NCBI GenBank assembly: GCA_964593805.1
Contig: CAZQHP010000001.1
Span: forward strand, 256,091-320,090
Direction of reading: 5' to 3'
Origin: an uncultured Candidatus Saccharibacteria bacterium
GTDB lineage: Bacteria > Patescibacteriota > Saccharimonadia > Saccharimonadales > JBBQAJ01
Length of the DNA: 64,000 bases
Of the stretch, positions 10,985 through 19,988 are shown piece by piece. Made by a program: the position numbers and the translations under genes. The notes beneath the pieces were generated by a model, which was not told where the DNA came from, did not search any database, and was given only the letters and a program-made list of their open reading frames with translations. Position 1 is the first letter of the stretch. Every line of letters starts with the position of its first letter.

Positions 10985-11628
10985 AAATAGGTGTTTTTGA
11001 TTCGGGAGTGGGGGGGCTGTCGGTAGCTCAGGCAATCCAAGAAGCGTTGCCGCAGGCTGAAGTGCTGTATGCCGACGATCGCGAACACATACCATATGGG
11101 AATCGTGAACCGCAAGAACTTCTATCTTTTGTGCTGCCCATCCTAGAAGGCCTGGTAGGCAAAGGTTGTGCAGTCATCGTGGTTGCCTGCAACACCGTGA
11201 CCACCACCATAATTGAGGATTTGCGGGCGCAACTGGCGGTCCCGCTTATTGGCATGGAACCGATGGTTAAGCCCGCCGCCAAACAGACTAAATCTGGAAT
11301 TATAGCGGTTTGCGCCACGCCCACCACACTGGCAAGTGCTCGCTACCAATGGTTAAAAAAGACTTATGCCTCAGGCTTGAAAGTCATAGAACCAGATTGC
11401 AGCGACTGGACATCGCTGATTGAATCAGGCGCCTTGGAGCGCCAGCATGTTCATGACCAAATTGACTCGGCTTGCGACCAAGGCGCCGACGTAATCGTCC
11501 TAGGCTGCACGCACTACCACTGGATTGAAGACATCATTACGCGGGAAGCCAAAGGCCGCGCGGTCATCATCCAGCCCGAACAGCCAGTTATCGAACAACT
11601 CAAGCGAGTTCTAAAACTGCCTGCTTGA
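10981..11628 (+). CDS. murI: glutamate racemase
   Basis: VFDSGVGGLSV, catalytic Cys motifs VACNT and GCTHY. Compact at 215 aa. Confidence 0.85.
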   Translation: MKIGVFDSGVGGLSVAQAIQEALPQAEVLYADDREHIPYGNREPQELLSFVLPILEGLVGKGCAVIVVACNTVTTTIIEDLRAQLAVPLIGMEPMVKPAAKQTKSGIIAVCATPTTLASARYQWLKKTYASGLKVIEPDCSDWTSLIESGALERQHVHDQIDSACDQGADVIVLGCTHYHWIEDIITREAKGRAVIIQPEQPVIEQLKRVLKLPA

Positions 11629-12943
11629 ACTGCTCGCCACGGTCTTTGTAGTTTTCAAACATATCAAAACTGGCACAGGCCGCGGACAGCAGGACTACGT
11701 CGCCCGGTTGGGCGGCAGCGTGAGCAGTCTGGACGATTTCTTTCATGGTAACTCCGCCAGGCTTCACAAGAGAAATGACATTTTCAACTCCGCCAGCTCG
11801 CAGGGCCGCCTCGATTGCTGGAGTGGCTGTTTTGTAAGTCGGATGCGTTGCGTTGCCAATAAGTATAATGCGCCGAATAGTGCTGGCGGCAACCGTCTTC
11901 GCAAGTGTCTCAAACGTGGCGTGTTTTTCAGAACCGCCCAGTATAACCACTTTTGGCTCAGCGAAGGCTTCGATAGCAACAATGGCCGTTTCCGTGGTCG
12001 TACCAAAAGAGTCGTCGTAATACTTGACGCCGTTAAGCTCACGCACCAATTCCAGTCGGTGTTCCAGACCCGTAAAACTGGTCAGTACGCTTCGGATTGC
12101 TGTGGTATCTTGTGTGATTTGCCACACTGCCGTGACGGCAGCACAAACATTTTGCCAGTTGTGCTTGCCGAGCAGCTTTAGCTCGCTGACGGCACAAATC
12201 ATCCGTCCATCAATAACAATCTCGTTCTGGACAACTTCTGCGCCAGGCTTTTGCATGTAAGGAATCTGCCGTCCGGCTGAAGCGTCGGCAATCGCCTCTG
12301 AATTTTCATTTCCGGCAAAGTATATGGCAATGTCTTGTTCGGTTTGGTTCATGAACAGCTGCTGTTTGGCAGAAATGTATTCGTCGTGGTCTTCGTGCCA
12401 ATCCAGATGTTCGTGCTCAACCATCAGGCAGACAGCAATGTGCGGAGAGTATTTTAGGTCAATAAGCTGAAAGCTGGAGAGCTCCAAAACTACCCAGTCA
12501 TCGGCTACAATGTTGTTTTTCAACAGCGCGAGCGGTGGTATGCCAATGTTTCCTCCCAAATGCACGCGTTTGCCGGCGGCTTCTAGCATTTTGGAAACGA
12601 GCGTGCAGGTAGTGCCTTTGCCCTTGGTACCAGTTACGCTGATCAGATTTTTGGTTGGTACTGTCCGGAAAAACTCATTGGTGACACTGGTAACTTTGTC
12701 CAAAATGTCACTGTTCTGCGGATTGGCTTTTAATATATCGTCCGGATGCAAAGCGGGGGTGCGTACCAAAACGTCAAATCCGTCCAGATTTTTCAAGTAA
12801 TCAGTTCCTAATTGCGTCTGTGTGTCCTTTGGGGTCTCTACGTCGGTACTTTGGTCGCAAATAGTTATTTCGTTGTCATCACGACCCCAATATTCATAGG
12901 CGGCGCGTCCCTCAGCTCCAAACCCCAAAATAGCAATTTTCAT
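11600..12943 (-). CDS. murD: UDP-N-acetylmuramoylalanine--D-glutamate ligase
   Basis: N-terminal Rossmann ILGFGAEGRA and Mur-ligase P-loop GTKGKGTT. Its 3' end overlaps the murI 3' end. Confidence 0.85.
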   Translation of the reverse strand: MKIAILGFGAEGRAAYEYWGRDDNEITICDQSTDVETPKDTQTQLGTDYLKNLDGFDVLVRTPALHPDDILKANPQNSDILDKVTSVTNEFFRTVPTKNLISVTGTKGKGTTCTLVSKMLEAAGKRVHLGGNIGIPPLALLKNNIVADDWVVLELSSFQLIDLKYSPHIAVCLMVEHEHLDWHEDHDEYISAKQQLFMNQTEQDIAIYFAGNENSEAIADASAGRQIPYMQKPGAEVVQNEIVIDGRMICAVSELKLLGKHNWQNVCAAVTAVWQITQDTTAIRSVLTSFTGLEHRLELVRELNGVKYYDDSFGTTTETAIVAIEAFAEPKVVILGGSEKHATFETLAKTVAASTIRRIILIGNATHPTYKTATPAIEAALRAGGVENVISLVKPGGVTMKEIVQTAHAAAQPGDVVLLSAACASFDMFENYKDRGEQFKQAVLELA

Positions 12944-13200
12944 CCCGTTAGAGCCAGAAAACGCTTAAGCCTGTTTTTCAGGTAGCGCTTTCCCATTCCT
13001 GTTTTAAGATATTTCTCTCTAGCGAGAGCATCATTCGCATCCATACATGCTTCATAATATATCAAATCATACGGTCCACGATGTTTTGTGTACATAGACT
13101 TTCCTTCCCGATGCTCAGACAAGCGTTTTCGAAGATCTGACGTATAGCCTGTGTAAAATGCTTCACTTTTCGTGCTGCGCAATACGTATACGTAGTACAT
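12940..13200 (-). CDS. stand-alone GIY-YIG nuclease-domain protein
   Basis: YYVYVLRS...FYTGYTSDLRKRLSEHREGK is the GIY-YIG signature. The ORF track extends to 13236, but the MYYVYVL start at 13200 is more likely. Confidence 0.75.
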   Translation of the reverse strand: MYYVYVLRSTKSEAFYTGYTSDLRKRLSEHREGKSMYTKHRGPYDLIYYEACMDANDALAREKYLKTGMGKRYLKNRLKRFLALTG

Positions 13201-13223
13201 ACTGGCTCTAACGGGATTCATAG

Positions 13224-13297
13224 CAATAAGTATCAAGTATCAAGTAGCAGGTAGCAAGTACTAAAGGATTTTTCTTGCAACTTATTACTTGAACTGG
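13224..13297. repeat. inverted CAAGT-heptamer array element (copy a)
   Basis: ATAAGTA TCAAGTA TCAAGTA GCAGGTA GCAAGTA, then spacer AAAGGATTTTTCT, then the inverted arm TGCAACTTATTACTTGAAC. Confidence 0.7.
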
Positions 13298-13519
13298 TAC
13301 ATATGAGAGATAGCTTGGTTGTCTTATGCTAAGGTATCTTTGGCATATTAGTTTCCCGAGTGGCATGCTGGTCTGTACCCCGCATTACCCAAAAATACTG
13401 TTCAGCTACCAGTTATTGCAGATGGAATGGTAAGTTTCAAGATTCAGCTAAGATTAACTTGACGATATATAATAGTGATGATACCGTATGTCTACTACAG
13501 GTGTAATTAAAGGATTACT

Positions 13520-15535
13520 ATGGCAGCTGACGATACATTTTCTAGCCCTGGTATACGCCATGAAAGTGGTGGTCATGAAGTGCCACGGGATCTTTTTGGG
13601 CCACCAGCGTCCGAACAAGAATTCTCACATAACCTTCTAGCCGAGAGAAACCATATACTTGATGATGCTGTCAAAGCCGCAGTAGCCGATAAAATACTTG
13701 CTGTAGGGGCAGAGCGATTACCGGCCACTTCGGATTACTTTTTGGCTCGCTTAGACCAATCCATACTGGATTCTATCGGTGCTATTGGCTATGACACAGA
13801 GCTGGCTGTCATTGCTCCGCCTACTCAAAACAGCGATATTACAAAAAATGTTGACCTAGCTCTCAATGCAGTAAAAATAGCAAAGCAGGCTCAACAAAAT
13901 CCTCTAGAAGTTGCTTCTAGAATAGCGACAAATCTGACAAAACAGACGGGGATTGAACAAGCTGTCAGTGCTGGTCCGTTTGTGAATGCCTCGATTGATT
14001 ACTCAGTTGCAGGCCCTGAAATTTTGGCAGAAGTCGCCAAATTTAAACACCGCTATGGCTATTTTAGGGATGGAGAACCTCAACTTGTTATCGTTGACTA
14101 CTCGTCTCCAAACGTGGCAAAAAACATGACTTTAGCTCATCTGCGCTCAACCATAATTGGTCATACGCTTACGAAAATTCAGCAAGCTGTTGGCAATGTC
14201 CCATTTGGGGTCAATCACATTGGTGACTGGGGAACTCAATTCGGAAGCATAATTTACCAATATAAGAAAGAATTGGCTGAACGGGGAGAGGAATTTTTAA
14301 CAGAGCTTGTCGCTGATCCTACGGCGACATTAATGCACGCCTACCGAAAATTTAACGAACTGCAAAAAGATAATCCAGAATCAGCCGATGCAGCACGCGA
14401 AATTTTCTTGAAACTAGAACAGGGTGATCCAGAACTGGTGGAACTATGGGATCAATTCCGAACCTGGAGTTTGAGTGCCTTTGGTCCGTCTTATGAGCAA
14501 CTTCGGGTTTCTTTTGATGCTATTCAGGGCGAGAGTTTTTATGAAGATAGAATGACGCCGGTCGTCGAGGATGCACTGGCTAAGCACGTCTTAAAAACAA
14601 ATGAAGACGGTGCGATTGTTTTTCCGTCTCAGCCCCTCACTAATCCTTCTACGGGCTCAATTAACGATCGTGTAATGTTGGATCAAGGCGGAAAGCCCCG
14701 TGACGAAATTATCATCAAGCCGTCTGGAGGTACTGTTTACTTGACTCGCGATTTAGCTGCCATACGTTATCGAGCAGAAGAACTAGGAGCCGATAAAATT
14801 CTTTATGTCATAGGTAAAGAGCAGCAAACACATTGTATGGAGTTATTCGCAATGGCTCATCAACTTGGTTACGTAGCCTTAGGTGGCGCCGAACACATTT
14901 CTTTCGGACACTTAAATGTTGACGGACGCAAAATGAAAAGTCGTGAGGGCAAAGTGGCATTGCTCAGTGAAATAGTTGACGAAGCAGTTGCCGCCGCCTC
15001 GGGTATGTTAAGTGAACGCAAAATATTACGAGGAGAAGCATACGAGCTTGATGACGAAGAATTAGAAATAGCCCGCAAAATTGGAACCAGTGCTCTTATC
15101 TTCAACGACCTTCGACAGGATCGTCAAAAAGATATAGAATTTTCACCCAATATGGCAAAGACTTTAGAGGCTGGTGGTGCGTCATACATCCAATATACCG
15201 ATTCACGTCTCGGTAGTATTCTTAAAAAACTCGGCGAACCCAGTGTATTAACTCCGCTGCCATCTTTATCGACCGCGGAACGAGAGGTCTTGATGAAAAT
15301 TGCTCTCCTGCCAGTTGTCATCAAACAGGCAGCCGAATTCAACGCCCCGCACAGAGTGGCGACTTACTTGACTGCCTTCTGTCGAACCGTGAACGTCTTT
15401 TATCATGATCACTCAATCGCAAACGCTGATACTGAGCAAGAACGAAACTTTCGCTTACATCTTGTCAAAGCTGCAAAACAAGTCATAGAGAATGCAAGCA
15501 ATTTACTTCATATTGAGCTTCCGGGAAGAATGTAG
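13520..15535 (+). CDS. argS: arginyl-tRNA synthetase with N-terminal extension
   Basis: Class-I signature SSPNVAKNMTLAHLRSTIIG, KMSK-like MKSREGK, and a C-terminal end ...LLHIELPGRM typical of ArgRS. About 60 extra N-terminal residues. Confidence 0.85.
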   Translation: MAADDTFSSPGIRHESGGHEVPRDLFGPPASEQEFSHNLLAERNHILDDAVKAAVADKILAVGAERLPATSDYFLARLDQSILDSIGAIGYDTELAVIAPPTQNSDITKNVDLALNAVKIAKQAQQNPLEVASRIATNLTKQTGIEQAVSAGPFVNASIDYSVAGPEILAEVAKFKHRYGYFRDGEPQLVIVDYSSPNVAKNMTLAHLRSTIIGHTLTKIQQAVGNVPFGVNHIGDWGTQFGSIIYQYKKELAERGEEFLTELVADPTATLMHAYRKFNELQKDNPESADAAREIFLKLEQGDPELVELWDQFRTWSLSAFGPSYEQLRVSFDAIQGESFYEDRMTPVVEDALAKHVLKTNEDGAIVFPSQPLTNPSTGSINDRVMLDQGGKPRDEIIIKPSGGTVYLTRDLAAIRYRAEELGADKILYVIGKEQQTHCMELFAMAHQLGYVALGGAEHISFGHLNVDGRKMKSREGKVALLSEIVDEAVAAASGMLSERKILRGEAYELDDEELEIARKIGTSALIFNDLRQDRQKDIEFSPNMAKTLEAGGASYIQYTDSRLGSILKKLGEPSVLTPLPSLSTAEREVLMKIALLPVVIKQAAEFNAPHRVATYLTAFCRTVNVFYHDHSIANADTEQERNFRLHLVKAAKQVIENASNLLHIELPGRM

Positions 15536-15537
15536 TT

Positions 15538-16758
15538 GTGACCGAGATCGTGCAGTCTAATCCAGAATATCTACCAGCTCGTGAGCTGATGGAGCGAATG
15601 GTTGCGAGTAGCCAACGTCCTGGCGAAGGCAACCTGAAATTTGTCGATACTATGGGAATGTTTCTGGCGGAGAATAATTTTCAAGTGTACAGCGTGCCAG
15701 ACCAAGACTATGCAGACAGAGCGCTACTGGTCGTAGACATTGGCGATCCTGACGGTGACCAAGTTCTGGCTGCACTCAGTCACTCAGATGTTGTCGGAAT
15801 TGAGGGCCAAGATTGGATTCGCAACCCGTGGGAGCTGAGCGAAGAGCAAGACCAATGGTTCGGACGGGGTGTTTGCGACACGCACGGTAGTGGGGTTGCC
15901 ATGTTGTTGGCCGGAGCTCGACCAGAAGTTATTAGTGCGCTTGTCGCAGCTCATAAAAAAGTCAGTATTATTTTTACTTCTGATGAAGAAGCTCCCGAAA
16001 CAGCGCTATCGTATCGTGGGGCAAAATTGGCCGCCGGGCTTTTAGGACATGACCCTGTTATAACTGCACAATATTTTATCGCTGGTGAACCTACGGAAGT
16101 TGATGGTGGCATAACAGCGATGCGTAGTCATAAGGGACGCTGGCTCGCTCATTTTGCTTTGTCAGTAGAACACTCAGGCCATGCTGCTGACGACGTTCAG
16201 AACGCTTTTGCTCTTGGCTCGGACATCGTGTACTTAATTAATCAATACGGGCGTAGGCTGCGCTTTGATGCGCATGAAAGTTCCGAAGAAAGTATATTTG
16301 AACCGAATTATTCTACAGCGCAAGTAACGGCTGCAAAAGTTAAAAATGGTGACTACTCGACAACGCCTGATACTGCTAGTTTCACTGTTGACCTCAGAAT
16401 TTTACCTGATGAGCACGATAAGCGTGTTGATGAACTCAGGCGGATTATTAATACTGACCTTATGGAGTCAGGCGTGAGGCTTAACTTAGAAATAGTTGAC
16501 GAGTTCAGAGGTACCACAACAGAACCCAATTCACCAATAGTAAAATTGGCAGAAATGGCAACAGGCAAATCAGCTAAAGGTTTTAATGGAGGTGATGAGG
16601 GTGAGATATTAAGGTCGTGTGGTAAAGAAGGCGTTACCATTGGTCCGGGTCAACTCGGCTTTGCGCATATGCCCAACGAAGAGATCGAAGTTCAATCTGT
16701 ACTCAGGGCTGCAGATATCTACGGCCAGATATTTCGTAATGCTGTCAAACTAATCTAA
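15538..16758 (+). CDS. M20-family metallohydrolase (ArgE/DapE-like deacylase)
   Basis: Metal-ligand pattern LSHSDVV, GRGVCDTHGSG, TSDEEAPE, GEPTE and GFAHMPNE. GTG start 2 nt after the argS stop. Confidence 0.7.
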   Translation: MTEIVQSNPEYLPARELMERMVASSQRPGEGNLKFVDTMGMFLAENNFQVYSVPDQDYADRALLVVDIGDPDGDQVLAALSHSDVVGIEGQDWIRNPWELSEEQDQWFGRGVCDTHGSGVAMLLAGARPEVISALVAAHKKVSIIFTSDEEAPETALSYRGAKLAAGLLGHDPVITAQYFIAGEPTEVDGGITAMRSHKGRWLAHFALSVEHSGHAADDVQNAFALGSDIVYLINQYGRRLRFDAHESSEESIFEPNYSTAQVTAAKVKNGDYSTTPDTASFTVDLRILPDEHDKRVDELRRIINTDLMESGVRLNLEIVDEFRGTTTEPNSPIVKLAEMATGKSAKGFNGGDEGEILRSCGKEGVTIGPGQLGFAHMPNEEIEVQSVLRAADIYGQIFRNAVKLI

Positions 16759-16787
16759 AATGTAGGGCTGTAATAAATACTTCAATT

Positions 16788-17813
16788 ATGAATCTGCCAA
16801 ATCCAGAAACAATTATTCCAAACGACGAGGCAATGCCTGTTGCTGATAATGTCATCGATTACGCTAACCATAATGGTCTGCTTGTTCCAAAAGTTATCAG
16901 GGAGCGTAGTACGAAACTATTCTTTGATCGATTGGATCACATGGTTGTTAATACACATGAATATGGCGGTACCTTGCCTGCAGCATGGGAGGAGGCCGAA
17001 CAAGGTCGTCTCGACCTTACACAGATATCGTCGCCAATCGAAACTCATCTTAATGGTCAAGAAGAACGAACAATCAGAGACGCAGTTAGAAAAATCAAAA
17101 ATGCCGGCATTACTTCTGTTGTAATTGAGGCGGCTCATGCGTATGTTTATGAAGATATTGACGACCCTCAATTACAAGAGAGCATATTGGCGCAAACACG
17201 CAAAGCGAGTGCGTTAACTAAGCGATTAGAAGAGAGCGGTTTGGTAGTGAGAAGCATTCTTTTTGTGGATGACTATAACCCCGATCCCGAGGATGGTCAG
17301 ATGCATGAACGGCTTGACATTGAGAAGTTTGTGGAGCTGACACGTTCCGGTGGGTATAACCCAGAAATGGTTATCAAAGAAGCCGGAATGGTTGCATTGG
17401 CAAAAGCCATGATTGATATCATGAAAGACCGACAACACATTGTGACAATTGAAAATCCAGAAGCGGATACATCAGTAGATGTATCCGAAGGAGCGTCTGG
17501 TAGCAAAGCGTTGCTTATAAGAAAGAAGATTGAGCTTCACAGAATTGATGAGGACATGGTAAGTTGTGCCATGCTTGATGCTGCCTTAACCATAGTCAAA
17601 TTTAGATATCTTGGCCAGGGGGTTATGAATATTTTGCCTCGTTATCCCGGCAGTCAAGATTTTAGTTATAAAGGCCAACAGCAAAAAGTGCGTGAAATAA
17701 TCCGCGAACATTTGAATGTACGTATACCGCCCTTTTTCAACTTATTTGTGGGCGGCGACACAGCCGTCGGTGCGCATAATGCCTTTCGTAAATCCAGCAA
17801 AAAACGGCAGTAG
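16788..17813 (+). CDS. hypothetical protein (341 aa), no recognisable motif
   Basis: Long ORF, co-directional 29 nt after the M20 gene, with protein-like composition. Confidence 0.6.
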   Translation: MNLPNPETIIPNDEAMPVADNVIDYANHNGLLVPKVIRERSTKLFFDRLDHMVVNTHEYGGTLPAAWEEAEQGRLDLTQISSPIETHLNGQEERTIRDAVRKIKNAGITSVVIEAAHAYVYEDIDDPQLQESILAQTRKASALTKRLEESGLVVRSILFVDDYNPDPEDGQMHERLDIEKFVELTRSGGYNPEMVIKEAGMVALAKAMIDIMKDRQHIVTIENPEADTSVDVSEGASGSKALLIRKKIELHRIDEDMVSCAMLDAALTIVKFRYLGQGVMNILPRYPGSQDFSYKGQQQKVREIIREHLNVRIPPFFNLFVGGDTAVGAHNAFRKSSKKRQ

Positions 17814-17836
17814 TAGTACCATATGTATATAAGTAT

Positions 17837-17865
17837 TTGCCAAACAACTGATAATATACTACAAT
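17837..17865 (+). promoter_or_regulatory. sigma70-like promoter TTGCCA-17-TACAAT
   Basis: -35 at 17837-17842, 17-nt spacer, -10 at 17860-17865. The predicted start falls at about 17872-17873. Confidence 0.55.
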
Positions 17866-17872
17866 CTCAACT

Positions 17873-17944
17873 ATGCTACAGTTCGCAACCATCGGTTTTA
17901 ATTTTCGTCGACGAGGAACTCGTATTATCGGGGGTTGCTCCTGA
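17873..17944 (+). CDS. 23-codon Arg-rich mini-ORF (candidate leader peptide or small peptide), apparently leaderless
   Basis: ATG CTA CAG TTC GCA ACC ATC GGT TTT AAT TTT CGT CGA CGA GGA ACT CGT ATT ATC GGG GGT TGC TCC TGA encodes MLQFATIGFNFRRRGTRIIGGCS. It sits between a promoter and a terminator. Confidence 0.35.
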   Translation: MLQFATIGFNFRRRGTRIIGGCS

Positions 17945-17971
17945 AGTTTTCTATAGTAACAAAGCCTTAGC

Positions 17972-17997
17972 AGCCCCTATTACCTAGGGGGCTTTTT
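17972..17997 (+). terminator. intrinsic terminator
   Basis: AGCCCCTA-TTACC-TAGGGG(G)CT, an 8-bp stem with one bulge, followed by TTTTT. Confidence 0.7.
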
Positions 17998-18058
17998 AAA
18001 TAAAAAGGATGACAATGTATATTTTCAGATGTCTAATAACATATAAGGAATGTAATCT

Positions 18059-18811
18059 ATGAATCAGCTGGGCATTAACTCATTCATTGGGATTGTTTCT
18101 GGTACGGGACCCTTGGCAGGCGCGAATGTCTTAGAGAAAGTTTTTAAGTATGCAGCGAATGAATATGGTGCTGTACAGGATGATGCATATCCCGACGTGT
18201 TGCTTGTTAACCATGGCACTGAAGGTGTAGATAACCTGGGCACCTTAAACGGTGCATTTGAAAGAGAAACCTTGAGTGCCATCAAATATTTGGAGAAACA
18301 AGGTGCTACGGTAATCGGTGTTGCTTGCAACACTGCTCACATTCATTTAGGTGAAATAAAGCTTAAACCCCAAACAACACTAGTCAACCTAATTGATGCT
18401 ATTTCTGCTGAGGCAGCACAGAAACCAGCACAATACCTGCTTATGACATCTAAGGCATCAAGAGACGAAAAGTTGTTTCACAAGTACCTTAAGAAATATG
18501 ACGTTTCGTTCACTGAAACTAGCGATGGGGAACAGAATCTTTTAGATGAAGTTATCAGCCAGGTGATGGCCTATAAACTAGTTCAGGCAGGGCAGACAAT
18601 AAAAAAAGTATTTGCGCTAGCAAAGCGGAGAGGCGTTACTGATATTATCGCAGGCTGCACGGAGTTTCCCTTAGCCATAGACCGCTGTGACGATGCACAA
18701 AACTTCAACATAATCGATTGCAACCATGTCTTGGCCAAAAATTTAGCGGACAAATATTACGCTGGAACTATCAAAGTACTTAAACAAAATAAAACCATAG
18801 TCACTAAGTAG
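18059..18811 (+). CDS. Asp/Glu/hydantoin-type amino-acid racemase (aspartate racemase-like)
   Basis: GTGPLAG N-terminal motif and two catalytic Cys motifs, VACNTAH and AGCTEFPL. Confidence 0.8.
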   Translation: MNQLGINSFIGIVSGTGPLAGANVLEKVFKYAANEYGAVQDDAYPDVLLVNHGTEGVDNLGTLNGAFERETLSAIKYLEKQGATVIGVACNTAHIHLGEIKLKPQTTLVNLIDAISAEAAQKPAQYLLMTSKASRDEKLFHKYLKKYDVSFTETSDGEQNLLDEVISQVMAYKLVQAGQTIKKVFALAKRRGVTDIIAGCTEFPLAIDRCDDAQNFNIIDCNHVLAKNLADKYYAGTIKVLKQNKTIVTK

Positions 18812-18822
18812 AAAGCCTGAGT

Positions 18823-19344
18823 ATGCCCTCTAGTAATGCACATGAGAACCAAATGGAATGTCGCCCGTTTGATCTATCTATTACGGCCGACATAAAAAAA
18901 CTTACCAGCTGGTCGGGCTCTGGAGACATGATCCCACTGGGCCTGGAGGGTATTGCCCGCCATCATTTGTCGACTGGAGTGTATGTTGGCGGTGAACTAG
19001 CTGGCTATGGAGCAGTTACCGTTTTATATTCAGGCGACATTATAGAGTTTGGGGGGTTGGTAGTTGACCCAAACATGAGACGTCACCACCTAGGGAGTAC
19101 TATTGCCAAACATGTCGTCAAACAAGCTCGGGAAGAACTAGACCCGGAACTCATACTTGCATTCAGTAGTGAGAGAAGCGCCCTTTTGTTTGAAAAGCTT
19201 GGGGGGAAAGTGATTGAAAATGCTAATACTCTTCCTCCCGAAGTTTGGAAGCTGTGCTACATATGCCCGAGACACGAAGAAGCCCTATGTATAGGCAAAA
19301 CCTGCTGTGAGCGAGCCTTCGATATTACTGGAATAGACACATAA
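18823..19344 (+). CDS. GNAT-family N-acetyltransferase
   Basis: Acetyl-CoA motif A region GGLVVDPNMRRHHLGSTIAKHVV. Starts 11 nt after the racemase stop. Confidence 0.7.
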   Translation: MPSSNAHENQMECRPFDLSITADIKKLTSWSGSGDMIPLGLEGIARHHLSTGVYVGGELAGYGAVTVLYSGDIIEFGGLVVDPNMRRHHLGSTIAKHVVKQAREELDPELILAFSSERSALLFEKLGGKVIENANTLPPEVWKLCYICPRHEEALCIGKTCCERAFDITGIDT

Positions 19345-19420
19345 AAGTTGTGTAAATTCACAAGATTTATTATATAATAACTATTATTGGTTGATTTGTA
19401 AAGTAACACCAGGAGCACAT

Positions 19421-19912
19421 ATGTATGGATCAAATATATCAGAAGTAGAGCCAGGGAGCCGTAAAAAACTTCATTTACTTTTGGATGAAATTTATTCTAC
19501 AGATGGGATTTACGAAAAACTTCAAGAAATTGCATTTAGCCTCGGCACTATCTCTTGCCACGATAAACTGGCTGTGTTAAGCGATGTATTGCCCGATCAT
19601 CCCCGTGAAGCCGTGTCTCTCTGTGCCAAGCAAAAAGGCGGCTTAACGGTAACAAGGTTTTTCACGGATGGGGCAGGTTATAAACTTTTTAATCGTTATT
19701 GCTTAATAATGCCTTCAAAAGACATTCCCAGCTCAAGCCGATTAACTACAGACAGTCATGGTTTTAACCTAGGCTTAATGCCGGCTGAACTAAGACTGAA
19801 GAACTTTGTTAGCGTGGATCCGCAAGGTATAACAAATTACGCCCAAGGAGTTGAAAGAGCTCTAGCAGATGTAGCCGCTATTACTGGTTTGGATGGGCTT
19901 CTGCCGTCTTAG
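19421..19912 (+). CDS. hypothetical protein (163 aa)
   Basis: ORF track gives 19391 (TTG). ATG 19421 preceded by AGGAG is preferred. No motif recognised. Confidence 0.5.
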   Translation: MYGSNISEVEPGSRKKLHLLLDEIYSTDGIYEKLQEIAFSLGTISCHDKLAVLSDVLPDHPREAVSLCAKQKGGLTVTRFFTDGAGYKLFNRYCLIMPSKDIPSSSRLTTDSHGFNLGLMPAELRLKNFVSVDPQGITNYAQGVERALADVAAITGLDGLLPS

Positions 19913-19920
19913 ATTATGCC

Positions 19921-19988
19921 CCAGAGTGCCAAAAATAAAGTGCCGAAGAGTTTTTCTTGCAACTTGTCCCTTGTGACTTGTAACTTGG
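19921..19988. repeat. CAAGT-heptamer array element (copy c)
   Basis: GAGTTTTTCTTGCAACTTGTCCCTTGTGACTTGTAACTTGG. On the minus strand this reads CCAAGTT ACAAGTC ACAAGGG ACAAGTT GCAAG. Shares TTTTTCTTGCAACTT with copy a. Confidence 0.7.

Noticed and set aside
13224-13297. Possibility that the heptamer arrays here and at 19921, 31737 and 59588 are CRISPR arrays
   Set aside because: The units are 7 nt and directly abutting, with no unique spacers. Arrays are under 60 nt, and no cas genes are present.
13300-13519. T-box riboswitch or Arg leader upstream of argS
   Set aside because: I could not find the conserved T-box sequence, a specifier-loop arrangement or a terminator/antiterminator pair. The only mini-ORF there (MRDSLVVLC) has a single Arg codon and no run of them.
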